Assembly (NCBI RefSeq): GCF_006345805.1
Contig: NC_043000.1
Location: forward strand, 132,618,001 to 132,682,000
Source of the DNA: Octopus sinensis
Lineage: Eukaryota
Direction: 5' to 3'
DNA length: 64,000 bases
The notes below the pieces were generated by a model, which saw nothing but the letters and a program-made list of their open reading frames with translations, searched no databases and was not told the DNA's origin. Numbering within the stretch: the stretch's first letter is position 1; each line of letters starts with the position of its first letter. Shown here piece after piece: positions 35,697 through 50,390 of the stretch. The position numbers and the translations under genes were made by a program.

Positions 35697-36290
35697 CAGT
35701 GAAACCTCGCAGTACGGGTTTAATTCGTTCCATGACCGAGCTCGTTTTACGTTTTACTCGTTTTACAAATCAATTTTCCCCATTGAAATTAATTAAAACA
35801 TCATTAATCCGTTGCAGCCCTACAAAACCACCCAAAAATCATTTTTAAGCGTTTTAAAACGGAAAAGGTGCAGTTACAAGGAAACGGACAGTTATAAAAA
35901 CCTAATAAAAGAGAATGCAAAAGAAATATGTAATCTGGTTTTATTAATTGAATTACTTTAAAAATGGGACGATTTGTGTACGAGGAAGACGATGGAGAGG
36001 GGTGGAGGAGGTTTATTGTTGTTTGGAAGGAGAACCTCCTTCCATTAAGACTTCAGAAGAACAATTTCTGACGTTTTCTCTCTCCGCTTAATTTTGGCTT
36101 TTTGGACACACTTTCTTCCCTTTTCATACTTACAGGTCGTTTCATTAGAAACATATCAAGAGAAGTCTGCTTTTTCCTGCCTTTCAAAATGCTATGAAAA
36201 TGCGCCAGAGCAGTGTAATTAAATAAAGCAGCTGTTGATACTTTTTCAGGACGATTTGTTTTTTTTACAAATGCATCATTACTGACATTT
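35697..36290 (-). mobile_element. Tigger/pogo relic (3' end)
   Basis: (ta)cagtgaaacctcg TIR; the minus strand encodes ALAHFHSILKGRKKQTSLDMFL, the Tigger transposase C-terminal motif. Confidence 0.7.
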
Positions 36291-37456
36291 CAAAGACCGC
36301 AGAATACAACTTAGGGAACAAGCTAAAGGAACTTGTCGAGGACAAACGTCAACAGCCGGTGGGGGAGCACTCTGAACACAACGATTAAATCAGAACCGAT
36401 AGCGTTGTGTAATAAAGGAGAACCAATCTTAAAGAGGTGATTAAGAGCCCAGTATCAGTCGTGATAGTGCAAGGATAACACTCAAAATTTTGTTTCAATG
36501 CAAAACACGAGGGCGGCGTTGTCAGAACCGGAGTTCTTGTGCTAAAATGACTGTAGTTCGTGCTTCAATCCACTTAGCTTTGAGAAATAGATAATAAATC
36601 TCCAGCAATGGTTAGCTTCAAAACGAGTTCTTCTCTCTTTAAAATGAAGGAATCGGATAATATCTTATAATCAGATCATTCTTTTTTAATCAGATTATTT
36701 CAATAATTTGAATTCTATATTTTTCTCTGTCAGTTAGATGGATCGTGCTTATATTTGATGATAAAAACAATTTTGCTTTTGTTTGAGACTGTATGATAAA
36801 AGTGAAGAGTTCTGTAACACATTGGGTCAAAATCCGAATTAAAACAAAAATAAAGATCATATAATCAAACAGGATGTAGGTTTTTGCGTTTGAGTTAGAA
36901 AGCGACCGAGAATTAACAAATTACTAAGACAAATATTTTCTAAAGTATAAACACTAAAATGATGTCGATGATATCACTGCTTATTTGGGATGATATGCTT
37001 ATGAGGTAGGCATGGTAAGAGACGTTCTTGAACCATTTACGTTGACTTCACTCGCTGACACAATTCTATATAAGACAGTGATCTTTTCCCACGAACAAAT
37101 AAGACAGAATGAAATTTTTACTCTTATGAATCAGGCGATAAACAAATATTGACAGTAAACCTGTACCTTCTTTTCCCTTGAGGGAATGGTTTTGAGTTGT
37201 GAGACAGCAGGACGTTCAAACAGGGTACGAATTATCTATTGCAACTAGAGTAGTGATTCATTCTCACAATATCAAATCCAGTTAGTGTCAACTTCGGGTT
37301 TCGTCTTTTCTGTACAATAAAACAAAAACCTTAGACAGTGAGTGGAAACCCAGTCAACATTCAAACTAGACGTACTGAGCGACAAAGAAACAGTCTTGAT
37401 GATATTTTGTAGAAGTGAGATATCTATCTGAATACATTAGAATGATGATAGAAATA

Positions 37457-37942
37457 CAGTGATCCCTCGCTACTTCGCGGTTCAATTATCGCGGATTCAC
37501 GACTTCGCGAATTTTAAAAATATATACATATGAACGCCTAAAATTTTTCATTAAATCCATTAAAATATTAATAATAAATATTATTTCCTAGTCTAGGAAC
37601 AACAAAACAAGCGTAAAATAACAAAAATGCATATACAGAGGTATTTGAACTTAAGACGGGCTGTGATTGGTGCAATGGAGAGAGACGACGAATCACAGCT
37701 TTCTATTTTGTAATCTGGCCTGTGTAACAGTAACAATCTTTATTTTTTTAAATCTAAAGTGTTATTGCTTAACAGTTGTCCTTGTTACTAATAGACTACT
37801 GTAATGGGTGGGTTGTTGACAGTACAGGGAGGGTTTTAAAAGTCCAAATACACGTTAAATAAACACTGTAAATATGGTGTCCCTACTTCGCGGAAATTCA
37901 GTTATCGCGACCGGTCTCGGAACCAATCTACCGCGATAAACG
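37457..37942. mobile_element. Tigger/pogo-type MITE, right TIR truncated
   Basis: (ta)cagtgatccctcgctacttcgcgg... and ...ccgcgataaacga; related to 4833-5085. Confidence 0.7.
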
Positions 37943-39159
37943 ATACTTCAAATTGCCTTCAGCATAGAAAATTCAGACTATTCCTATGGAACATCATAAA
38001 GGCTTTGCATAATGTGCCAGACAGTTGTGAATGCTCCAAAAGAATTTAAACAGATAGGATAAAATGAGGAATCCGAAGAAAGTGGTTCTGGCCTCTATCA
38101 GTAACAATTAATCCAGAGAATTAATAGAAGAGTTTGATCAATTCATTTGATGAGAGTAGTGAATGATCTGACTTTTCGGATATTTGCTCTTTGCCTGAAA
38201 GTAGCGACGGAAGAGAATGTGATATTATCGATTTGGTCGTAAACAAGTATATATTCAGTGAGAATCATCCTCGAAGAACATGACACGTGCTATCAACGGA
38301 AATGTTAGGAAGGAAAAGAAAGAATCTGTATGGAGCTGACGTAGCAAACAACTGAACACTCACTTCAAAATAATTTAAAATAATAAATAGATACATGTAT
38401 GTATGTATGTATGTATATAAAAATTAAATGGAGACAAGAAGTGGAACGAACCGATAAATCGAAACGAACCTGACACGAGGCGCTGTCAGACAATAATGTA
38501 ATAAATAAAAATATATGCATACATACAAACATATATGTACGTACCTACATCTACATGTATATATACATGCATATATAGTATGTATGTATGTATGTATGTA
38601 TGTATGTATGTATGTATGTATGTATGTATGTATGTATGTATGTATGTATGTATGTATGTATGTGTGATTGGATGGATGGATGAATAGATGGACATAGTAC
38701 GTTTCTGTGAATTGTTTCTGCATCTAATAATTCATTGTTTTGAGTTCAAATCGTGCAGGATTTCGACTTTGTTTTTTTTTTTTTTCATCTCTCCAAGAAA
38801 TATCATTTACAGATGATAGTAAAAATAATGTCCAGTAAATTTTAGAATAGCAACCTATTTGTTGGGAAGCTGCTCTGTACATTATTAATTCAGTCATTTT
38901 ATTCCTTATATACGGAACATATCCAGGGAAGATATGGTAAGATAAAAAAAAAAGGTAGTAAGATTGGACAGAGTGAGCATATTTGAGAAATATAACGGAT
39001 GGTTACTAGAACTGGTAGAGTATCGGACAAAATATTTTTGGTATTTCCTTATGTCTGTTTGCATTCTGAGTAGAAACCGCGCCTAAGCTCACTTTACATT
39101 TCATCGTTCTGAGGTCGTTATCAATAAAATAAGGGCTGCTGTCGATGTATTTCATTATG

Positions 39160-39544
39160 GGAAGCACTCCGTCGGTTACGACGATGGGGGTTCCGGTTGA
39201 TCCGAATCAACGGAACAGCCTGCTCGTGAAATTAACGTGTAAGTGGCTGAGCACTCCACAGACACGTGCACCCTTAACGTAGTTATCGGGGATATTTAGC
39301 GTGACACAGAGAGTGACAAGGCCGGCCCCTTGAAATACATGTACAACAGAAACAGGAAGTAAGAGTGAGAAAAAGTTGTGGTGAAAGAGTACAGCAGGGA
39401 TCACCACCATCCCCTGCCGGAGCCTCGTGGAGCTTTTAGGTGTTTTCGCTCAATAAACACTCACAAGGCCCGGTCTGGGAATCGAAACCGCGATCGTATG
39501 ACCGCGAGTCCGCTGCCCTAACCACTGGGCCATTGCGCCTCCAC
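39160..39544 (-). mobile_element. SINE family C, full length
   Basis: Near-identical to 28188-28576; flanks tatttcattat/tatttctttat give a probable TSD with 1 mismatch. Confidence 0.92.
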
Positions 39545-39989
39545 TATTTCTTTATAACTTAGAAGGCAAAACAAAACAATTTTAAAAGCTGGCGTCGAGA
39601 CAAAACGATACCAACAAGCTCTGTAATCAACTGGTAGTACAACTTGGTATGACTGAATTAAGTAATACGAATTGTTTATATATCTTACATTCAGTGTTAT
39701 GTAATTTGCATAAGATATTGAAGTGGGTTGGTCATTTAAGTAGGATTTTATATAAAGCCAAATCTCAACAAAAAGCTGAATCTTGGTTTGTAGATATTCC
39801 TCTAGAGGCTTAAAAGTATAATATTTATCCAGATCAGCGATATAAAGCAGTGAACAAAAATCGAGTGCAGTACTCTCTATATTGTGATAAAATTTGAAGA
39901 ATGCATCACAACCGAATGTGTTTGTCTTGATAAGTTTGTTTAAGCTGATACTATTGACTCAGTTCAGTGTATGAGCTGCATTTTATCTT

Positions 39990-40595
39990 ATTTCTTTATT
40001 TCTTTATTGCCGACTAGGGGCTAAACATAGAGAGGACAAACAAGGACAGACAAAGGGATTAAGTCGATTACATCGACCCCAGTGCGTAACTGGTACTTAT
40101 TTAATCGACCCCGAAAGGATGAAAGGCAAAGTCAACCTCGGAGGAATTTGAACTCAGAACGTAACGGCAGACGAAATACCTATTTCTTTACTACCCACAA
40201 GGGGCTAAACACAGAGAGGACAAACAAGGACAGACAGACGGATTAAGTCGATTACATCGACCCCAGTGCGTAACTGGTACTTATTTAATCGACCCCGAAA
40301 GGATGAAAGGCAAAGTCAACCTCGGGGGAATTTGAACTCAGAACGTAACGGCAGACGAAATACCTATTTCTTTACTACCCACAAGGGGCTAACCATAGAG
40401 TGGACAAACAAGGACAGACAAAGGGATAAAGTCGATTATATCGACCCCAGTGCGCGTAACTGGTACTTAATTTATCGACCCAAAAAGGATGAAAAGCAAA
40501 GTCGACCTCGACGGAATTTGAACTCAGAACATAACGGCAGACGAAATACCGCTAAGCATTTCGCCCAGCGGGCTAACTGTTCTGCCAGCTCGCCG
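39990..40595 (-). mobile_element. SINE family A trimer
   Basis: Three ~185-bp internal units (ggggctaaac...cgacccc...aatttgaactcagaac...gacgaaatac) with a single head at 40560-40595. Confidence 0.92.
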
Positions 40596-41030
40596 TGACC
40601 TCCCCGGGGGTTTGAAATGCAATGCAGTTACTGGCGAAATTTGAACTCAAACTCATTTAGAGCGAAAATAAATACTGTAAAAATAAAGAGCGTTAACCAA
40701 TTCTGCCACACTTTTAGTTAACCGATATCAAATGTCGTATAACGTGATGTAATATTCAGTTATATAATTTTAGGAAAACTTAAATCGCGTCGTTAAAACA
40801 AAGTTTAGTCATCATTTTTTTTTTTTTTTTTTCTTTCATGATAGTAATTTATTTTCCAGCTTTAGAAATGTTATGTAAATAAAAGTTGTTTTTACAAAGA
40901 GTAAGCTGGGTGCACATAGCAGAATACACACGCACGCAGACACAGACACAGACACACAGACACACACACATAGACACACACACACACACATGCACACTCA
41001 CACACACACACACACATAGACACACACACA

Positions 41031-41070
<40 letters not shown>

Positions 41071-41096
41071 CACACACACACACACATAGACACACA

Positions 41097-41134
<38 letters not shown>

Positions 41135-41340
41135 CACACACACATACACACGCACACGCCTACACATATAGACACGCAAAAGTATATGCGAGCACAAACA
41201 CAGACATATGCAAAAGAACATAAAAGCACACACACACATACAGGCACACACACATACACATACAGGCACACACACATACACATACAGGCACACACACACA
41301 CACACTCTCTCTCTCACTCTCTCTCTCACTCTCTCTCTCA

Positions 41341-41371
<31 letters not shown>

Positions 41372-41458
41372 CACATCACTTTTTTTCTTCAGAACAGGCA
41401 CACACACATACACATACAGGCACACACACATACACATACAGGCACACACACACACACA

Positions 41459-41501
<43 letters not shown>

Positions 41502-41659
41502 CACATCACTTTTTTTCTTCAGAACAAGACACATACATTTCCCTTATATTTATCTTTCGCTGTCCCACTCCTGATGTCCGCCTCCTCATCCTCTTACTCT
41601 TTTCTTCGTCGTTTTCCATCATATCAACTTTGTCACGAGCTAAATATTTATTCATTCAT

Positions 41660-41698
<39 letters not shown>

Positions 41699-41833
41699 CC
41701 AACTTTAAATGATAACTGATATTGATTGATCTTTATTCATTTTAAAGAAAAATATTTTTCTTTCAAACAAATCTAGTTATTATCTACTTATATATACATA
41801 TGCGGATACTTGGATTTCAACGCATTTCAGTTG

Positions 41834-41937
41834 ATTGGTGTCAACTCTCAGAAGCTTAACCAATCAAAAGCAATGTAACTAGCGGGCTGGGTGTATTACA
41901 AACCCTTATAAAGATTTAATTTCAAGTGTTTTCAGTT
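41834..41937 (+). promoter_or_regulatory. Predicted Pol II core promoter of the secreted-peptide gene
   Basis: Inverted CCAAT (attgg 41834-41838), CCAAT 41860-41864, TATAAAG 41907-41913, and Inr-like TCAGTT 41932-41937 (A at 41934, 27 nt after the TATA T; slightly short spacing). Confidence 0.55.
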
Positions 41938-41969
41938 CGTAGACGTAATCTCAAGAGAACTAAGTTGAG
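41934..41969 (+). other. Predicted non-coding exon 1
   Basis: Runs from the Inr to a consensus donor GAG|GTAAGT at 41970; contains no ATG. Confidence 0.5.
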
Positions 41970-42159
41970 GTAAGTGGCATTAGCTAATGGTTTGTTTAAT
42001 TTTCCTCATTTGTTATTCTAAATTTTGGAAAATCGCATATGAACTCATGAATTGTTATGGAACATTGTTGTTATATATTTTAGCCATCTTTGAGTTATTC
42101 ATTTATTCCGTTGTTAAATATAGGTAAGTGGTTTGAATCGTTATGATAACGGCTGGCAA

Positions 42160-42210
<51 letters not shown>

Positions 42211-42223
42211 GATGATGATAATG

Positions 42224-42797
<574 letters not shown>

Positions 42798-42816
42798 CAA
42801 CAACAACAACAACAAC

Positions 42817-42863
<47 letters not shown>

Positions 42864-43332
42864 CGATGACGATGACGACGACGACGACAATGACGATGAT
42901 GATGATGGTGGTGGTGGTGATGATGATGACGACCTAGCAGTGTTTAGTTACGTCCCTTTTTGTTTTGAATTTAAATGACACCGACGCTTTTCACTCTTTC
43001 CGGGGTTGATAAAATTAAAGTAGATACTAGTCATATTTTGGAATAGATTTAATTGAATGTACCAACTAACAAAATTTATTGCCATGTGCCTATGCTAGAC
43101 ATAATTTATTCTGTTCTGTGAGGTTTCGATCCCGATTGTTCTAAGCCATTAAAACACATCAATTCCCTGTTAGTCCAGAGCTCCCATTGCAGTATTTCAT
43201 ACATAACAGCATTTGTGGTTGCATGAACTCATGTCAATCGAAAGACCAATATTTGATCCAGTTCTCGAACTCTTGACAAATATGTATATTTGGATATTTC
43301 GAATCTTGAGTAATTCGATATTTCGAATCTTG

Positions 43333-43749
43333 AGGCGCAGGAGTGGCTGTGTGGTAAGTAGCTTGCTTACCAACCACATGGTTCCGGGTTCAGTCCCACT
43401 GCGTGGCACCTTAGGCAAGTGTCTTCTACTATAGCCTCGGGCCGACCAAAGCCTTGTGAGTGGATTTGGTAGACGGAAACTGAAAGAAGCCCGTCGTATA
43501 TATGTATATGTATATATATGTGCGTCTGTGTTTGTGCGTCTGTGTTTGTGCGTCTGTGTTTGTCCCCCCAACATCGCTTGACAATCGATGCTGGTGTGTT
43601 TACGTCCCCGTAACTTAGCGATTCGGCAAAAGAGACCGATAGAATAAGTACTAGGCTTACAAAGAATAAGTCCTGGGGTCAATATGCTCGACTAAAGGCG
43701 GTGCTCCAGCATGGCTGCAGTCAAATGACTGAAACAAGTAAAAGAGTAA
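43333..43749 (+). mobile_element. SINE family B, full length
   Basis: aggcgcaggagtggctgtgtgg...gaaacaagtaaaagagtaa. Confidence 0.93.
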
Positions 43750-44704
43750 TATTATAATCATTAAAGTTAGTTTGTATTTTTTCCAAGTTTCTTATTTATT
43801 AAGGACTATTCTCATCATTAACGTCCTTCTTATTTATTCTACCATCATCTTACACGTTTCCCAACACCAAAACTAACATCACCACAGCCAGTAGTACCAC
43901 CAGCATTACCACTGCCACTACCACAAACATCTTCATAACTCTAACTTAATTCGTACCAGACAAGTAATTAGTTAACCACCACACCAATCACTTAACTATC
44001 TACGTTCGTGTATCATGTTTGTCGGTTAATTGCTTAAGTCGATTCTACTGTTTAACCTCAGAACATGACGTAATGGCATTGTACAAAGCAAAGATTATTT
44101 CACGAAGGAAAAAAAAAGGAGGTGGGAGAGAAAATAGTATCCAAGGAACTGGTGGTACTCCGTGCTGTCACCGAAAACTATATACAGCATGTGAACTTAC
44201 CCAAACTCATGAACTTCGCTTTGTAGGTTATTTCGTACGATAGTTAATGTGTTTGAAGGAAGACATAATAATTGCTAGTAAAGTACGATTGATGTTAACC
44301 GTTTCAGTTCTTCGTTTCTTATCTTTGTTTTCTCGTTGACTGATATATCACACATAAATGAAAACAAGATGGTTGTCGCACTAGCACTGTTAAAGCAAAC
44401 TTGACTATTTTCATGAAGACAAACAATATATGAAAGTGGCATTATTTCAGCTGTCACTTCACTGAGATTGCAAATGTCTTGTTTGTAGTAGAAAAGATGA
44501 ATTTCAACAAGATGGAAAGCAACTTGTTTTAGTGTCAGAATTTCGATTCGGTCAAGCAAAATGGCATTAAACGTTTCGGTGTTTTATTGTTTTCTTTTGT
44601 TTTTAAATAAAATAGAAATAAGAAGTATCTTAATTAGGTAAATATTAATTAAAAGTTTTCTCTCTCTCTACAGACAGGGATGTAAATAAGGTATTTCATA
44701 ATGA

Positions 44705-44900
44705 TTCCTTCTAATTTTGGCACAAGGCTATTCATTTTGAGGGGAGGGGCAAGTCGATTACATCAACCGCAGTACTTAACGGGTACTTTATTTTATCAAC
44801 TCCGATAGGTTGAAAAGCAAAGCTGACCTCGGCGGGAACAGAAATCAGAACGTAAAGAGCCGGAAAAAATGCAAGACATTTCAACCGACGCTCTAACAAT
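44705..44900 (-). mobile_element. Diverged SINE family A
   Basis: ggcacaaggc...gtcgattacatc...aaagctgacctcggcgg...cagaacgtaaag. Confidence 0.6.
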
Positions 44901-45439
44901 TCATTTATCAGGCTTCAGGTATTTCATAATAATATTCGTCATGAATAATGACATATTACCTGTAGAGCCTTATTAGTATTTAGGTTTTAGATCAGTCTTT
45001 TAGTTATCAATCTACAGCTTTTCTTCATTAACTTCCTTCTTATTATTCTCCCATTATCTTGCACACCTTCCATCACCAGAACTAACGCTACCAATAACAA
45101 CAACAAGAACACCACCACCAACAACAACAACAACAACAACGCCATCATTAATAAAGAAGCATAATAAGAAAAACAAAAGACAAAGAATGTACAAGTGAAG
45201 CTGCACCTACTGACTTGATGTTTTACAACTCAACGCAAACAATAGTGCCAGGGTGAAGATGAAGATAGGCGTACCTAGGGTGAGGTTTGCCGAATGAAGT
45301 AAGAAAATTGGTGCAATGTTACTTTATAAGCATAGGTCAGAAGATTTAGTAACAAAGACCTATTGTCAGATTAATTGATTGATCCAACTGTGCTATTAAA
45401 ACTTGATGACAAAGGCTGTGTTCGTTTAACGGGATCCTC

Positions 45440-45890
45440 ATCATCCTAGTCAGGTGCTGCACTATGCGATGCTGTGGTCATCACTATGTCTTGCCACCTT
45501 CTCCTGTCCTCTACCCCATGGACAGCTGAGAATAAAGACAATCCTGTGGCTGCGATGTCTCTCAGCCAAGAAGTGGGTGGTCTGCCTCTTTTACGTCTGC
45601 CGTTCACCTTGCCAGTTATGATCGTTCGCTCAAGTCCATCCCGTCGCATGACGTTGGACAAAGAACCGTAGCTTCCGCTTCGTTATGTTTCGCCGAAGCG
45701 TCATCTCGCAACCGAGCTTTTCTAGTACCCAGTTGTTCGTCCTTCTCTCCGTCCACGACACTCAAAGGATTCTGCGGTAACACCACATTTCAAAAGCGCT
45801 CACTCTTTTCTCGTCTGCCTTCAACATTGTCCACGACTCGCAGCCGTACGTCGCAATAGAGAAAGCGGCACCCCAAAGTAGCCTTATCTG
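45440..45890 (-). mobile_element. RTE-clade LINE 3' fragment
   Basis: ATYGCESWTMLKADEKRVSAFEMWCYRRIL*VSWTERRTN..RKLRFF, then VMRRDGLERTIITGKVNGRRKRGRPPTSW..EDRRRW. Confidence 0.9.
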
Positions 45891-46056
45891 GTATACAAAA
45901 CGGCAAAAAATTCAACTACTGAATTTTCATGCAAACCATTTTTTGTTGTTATAATGTACATTTCATTTCCTTAATAACAACGAATTAAAGTTGGTCTGCT
46001 CCAGACACTAGCGTTGCTAGGGGGCAGTAGGGGCGGTCCGCCCGGGGCGCAAAATG

Positions 46057-46610
46057 CTTTTCCCACGAGAGTTTCGGACCCCAGTAATGAACTCGTTTGC
46101 ATACAGCCAATCAACGCAAAGCCCAACATAACATTCGTGAATGCGCTAAAAACAGCCAATCTCTTGGTAAAACACATTCTACCAAGTAAACTCATGAACG
46201 GTGTTGTAAGTCGACCGATGGCCAAGTTGTGCTTGATTTTAGAGGGAGACAAGTAATTAGATAGATTTGCATCTATACCTATTATCAGATTTTGTTAGGG
46301 CCTGATATGGTAAAGATATGGATGGGAAAAATGTGGGTAAAGGGTGATGTGCTAGCAACCATCTCCCCTTACTATTATACAAAGTAAACATCAACACAAA
46401 TAACTATGCAGAGACAGCCATGGTTGAAACAAGAACAAGAACAACAAGCATTCTCAAAAGAGAAAAGAAGCATGGTCATTCCTTACCCAAGTGGCCTTAT
46501 CTTATTGACCATCACTTGTTATGTGCTCATAAATTTGTTTGAGAGTTGAGCTTTGATTGGTTGTACGCAAATGAGTTCATAACTGGGTCCGGAACTCTCG
46601 TGGGGAAAAA
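46057..46610. repeat. Inverted repeat (~70-bp arms at 46057-46127 / 46545-46610), probable MITE
   Basis: tttcccacgagagtttcggaccccagtaatgaactcgtttgcatacagccaatcaa versus ttgattggttgtacgcaaatgagttcataactgggtccggaactctcgtgggga. Confidence 0.7.
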
Positions 46611-46770
46611 TATTTCGCGACGCGTGCAGCATTTTGGGGTTTGTTGCAGGCAATATGTATTTTTGAGGCGTCCGGGGCGGCAAATGGAGTGCTACGGTGA
46701 GCACTTCGTTGCACAGCTCTGTAGGGCTTCACACTATCACAATAAAGCATTTGAATCTGTGTGTGTGTGT

Positions 46771-46825
<55 letters not shown>

Positions 46826-46999
46826 CAGTGGCAACTCTGGCACTCGGGCTGTTCGGGCTGAGCCCGAGTATAAATTTAGTTATTTGCAAGCCAATTTAAT
46901 TTTTACCAACTCTGACTTCAAGTATGTAATTTCAGTCAATAACTCGGGCTCCTTTTATTGAACCTGGTCGGAAAAATAACGTGTTTTCGTTCACTACAA

Positions 47000-47400
47000 A
47001 CGCTTCCAGTACACGAGAACACTTCACGTCTTCAAATCGAGTATCAGCTGTCGATACTCAGTCTTCCACCATCTTCTGTTATGCATTATGATCACAATCC
47101 GCTTGTGCAAGAAGCTCACCGACTGTGACTTGTCTGTTCTCGAGAATCAATTAGTCCAACAGCTGTTGATTCCTGTCATTGGTCACAGTTGATCGTCTCT
47201 CACTGCGAGGTTTATCTTCATTGCTGGTTTCCCTTCCTTAAACTTCTTCATCTATGTGAGCACATTCGTCTTGTCAATGATGTCATCTCCATAAACAACT
47301 TGTAGACTTCAATGGATGTCTGACAGCCTGCATCCCTCCTTCGCCTGGAACTCAATGACAATATGTTACTTCCGTTCAGAACCCATTATTTTCCAGCAAT
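47000..47400 (-). mobile_element. Mariner transposase N-terminal relic
   Basis: IVIEFQAKEG..IH*SLQVVYGDDIIDKTNV..MKKFKEG..EDKPRSERRSTV..LILENRQVTVGEL. Confidence 0.7.
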
Positions 47401-47951
47401 AAAGAAGAACAAGAAGACCTACTACAGAGGAAGAATTGCTCTTCCAAAATGTGCAATTTGAACGACCAATGTCAGTCAATAAAAAAGCTATGCCCACTTT
47501 CGTATTATTTTCGCTACAAGCCCGTTTTTCGTTAACCGTTGTATCAATGTTTTTTGTTTTTGTTTTTGTTCCTAGAGTCTGAACAATGTCTTGTGGTGTA
47601 TTACAAATATGCATTATTAAGTTCCTTTATAATGTCTTCTAGTTCCTTACAAATTTATTTTAAGCTTTGCGGCGTCCAAATAGTAAAAGTATGACTTCTT
47701 AAATGTCAGAAAGTGGGAGATATTTCAACTGTCTGAACCAACTATTTCATTTTGCTTAATTCCATAAATAAGGAATTTACTTACAATTAAAGTCACATTG
47801 GTAAATTTGTTATTTTATTGCACCCGGGCTAATCTTGATCACCAGAATATTTGTATTTGTGTTGATAAGTATATTAAAAACTAACTTTCTTTTATATTTT
47901 TAGTTAAAAATCTTCAGCATAATATATCTGCGTAAAATATTTACATACAAA

Positions 47952-48021
47952 ATGAAAGGTCATTGCGTCATCATCTTCGTTGTGTTAATTGCGATATTAG
48001 CTGGAATGGCAATGGTCAGCG
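47952..48021 (+). CDS. Coding exon 2 of predicted secreted peptide: signal peptide MKGHCVIIFVVLIAILAGMAMVS, phase-1 intron
   Basis: Acceptor ttttag at 47903; acaaaATG context; basic n-region and hydrophobic h-region; consensus donor G|GTAAGT at 48022. Confidence 0.8.
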
Positions 48022-48351
48022 GTAAGTATTTGATTAATCTTATTCATATAAATGAATCGGGGTTGCTATTCAGACCGATAAAGCTGTTACTTGTTAAGCA
48101 ATATCATGACAAATCAAAAACAAAAAAAGATATTTTAAAATAAAAGAACAACAGTTTGACATTTGCTTCCTTAAATCCTTAAATCCTTGAAAATGTTTTA
48201 GCTCGAAGGCCGCGGCCATGCTGGGGCACCACCGCTGTAACATTTTATATGAATTTTTATAAATCACGAATAAATCTGGAAAACGCCTGCTATAACAATC
48301 TGAATATTCTTGTATTTATCTTTTACATTAATTACAAGAATTACATAAATT

Positions 48352-48665
48352 GTGAAGGCGCGTGGCTCGTTAGTTAGGATTTTCGGGTCACGATCGCGAG
48401 TTTGTTTGTTAGATTCCTAGCGGCGCCTTGTGTCCTTGAGCAAGACACTTTATTTCACGTTGCTCCAGCTTACTCAGCTGGCAAAAATGAGTTGTACCTG
48501 TATCTCAAAGGGTCAGACTTGCCACGCTGAACCTCCCTGAGAACTACGTTAAGGGTACAAGTGTCTGTAGAGTTGGCTCAGTTACATGCACGTTAATTTC
48601 ATGGGCAGGCTGTTCCGTCGATCAGATCAACTAAGACCCTCATCGTCGTAACCGACAGAGTCCCA
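48352..48665 (+). mobile_element. SINE family D (intron 2)
   Basis: gtgaaggcgcgtggctcg...ccttgagcaagacactttatttcacgttgctccag...gtcgtaaccgacagagt. Confidence 0.85.
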
Positions 48666-48896
48666 GCTTACATTAATTTCAAGTTCGATGTTGCTAATCA
48701 TTTCGAATGTTCAGTAACATATTTGAGGCCTCTAGCTGAAAACCCATTAGAACGTTATGCTTCATCATACACAAGTCAGAATATAATTAAAGTTGAAAAA
48801 AAAAATCAGTCAAAATTCCTGAGAAAAATGTAAGAATCTTGTGGGTAGGTCAATGTCTGTTTCATTCACTCACTCACTCACTCACTCACTCACTCA

Positions 48897-48977
<81 letters not shown>

Positions 48978-49530
48978 GAAAATTGACTTCAGTGTATTTC
49001 AGTTTTGTTGTGCGTAAATATCTTTGCCGTCACACTATTTGTACGTTCTCCCTACAACATTACTTGTTCAAATTTGTTTTCCAATCTGCCTATTTAAATA
49101 CACTATTTAGATTTCTCCCTCTATCGAAAACCGTTGTGATACAGCCGATAAGCCTTCATTACTAACCAATGAGAATTCAACCACGCAACTGAGCGTCCAT
49201 GCATTAGAAAACATATCCTACAGTGGCTCAATTTTTTTCACTCATGCTATTTTCTTCTAGAGCTTTTTACGCTGAAATGGGGTTTGTAATTTCAATCTAC
49301 AAATTGACTTCCTTGTGTGATATAATATTGTTTCACTTTTATTCTTTCACTTTTGTGTGTGTTTGCGAGTTCAATACGTACGAGATAGTAAAGGACATGT
49401 TATACCACGACGGCGACGTCGTCATATTTATGAGTGTGTATGTGTCTCTGAGTGTATGCGTGCGGGTGTGTGAGTGTGCATGTCTCTTTGACTGTGTATG
49501 TGTTTCCGTGTTATGTACGTTATTAAACAT

Positions 49531-49678
49531 ACACACGTCTACACATACACACGTCTACACATACACACGTCTACACATACACACGTCTACACATACACAC
49601 GTCTACACATACACACGTCTACACATACACACGTCTACACATACACATGTCTACACATACACACGTCTACACATACAC
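49531..49678. repeat. 16-bp minisatellite (acacacgtctacacat) x ~9
   Basis: Direct reading. Confidence 0.92.
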
Positions 49679-50124
49679 ATGTGTCAACTGACATGCGTGA
49701 ATGCATGTCTGTATGGGTTTCTTTTACTATATGTATGTGACTATGTGAGAATCTATATGTGCGTATCGTCACATTTTGTATATGAATGCGTATGTTCTGT
49801 GAGTGTGTGTGTGTTTGCGTGCCCGTTACGTACGTTATTAAACACGCACATACATCTACACATACATATACATATGTGACGAGAACGGCTGGAGGTGAAA
49901 CTCTTGACAAAATCAATTACGTAGAAGGTCCAAGTTATATAAAAATACACATCTACTGCTCAATTAACAGTTCATAATTATCGCAGCAATTGCAAGGTAT
50001 TTACAATTTGTTTATATTTGGTTAATTTACATTGCCTACAAAAATATAGACATACTACATACATACAACTGCTCAGAAATTAATGTATATTTTTTTGATT
50101 AGAATATTGAAAAAAATATACCCG

Positions 50125-50390
50125 TTTAACCGGTTTCTGTGGCGTGTGTTCCCCTCAGCTGGACGGAGCGCCAGTCCATCACAGCATTACTCAAGAAACA
50201 GGAAGAGAGAGTGAGAGAAAGTTGTGGTGAAAGAGTACAACAGAGGTCACCACCACCCCTGCTGGAGCCTCGTGGAGCTTTTAGGTGTTTTCGCTCAATA
50301 AACACACACAACGGCCGGCCTGGGAATCGAAACCACGATCCTCCGACCGCTGCCCTAACCACTGGGCCATTGCGCCTCCACAATTATCCC
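50125..50390 (-). mobile_element. SINE, family C head with tail 2 (intron 2)
   Basis: Ends gggccattgcgcctccac; the tail segment cagctggacggagcgccagtccat is shared with 18766-18992. Confidence 0.8.

Noticed and set aside
38100-38340. Acidic stretch resembling a piggyBac transposase N-terminus
   Set aside because: Only compositional similarity; no TTAA/TIR or catalytic motifs seen.
49261-49289. Alternative phase-1 acceptor (ttttcttctag) giving ..VS-ELFTLKWGL*
   Set aside because: It yields only a 9-residue cysteine-free tail in repeat-rich sequence, whereas the 50724 exon has a branch motif, even Cys count and poly(A) signal. It cannot be excluded as a minor isoform.
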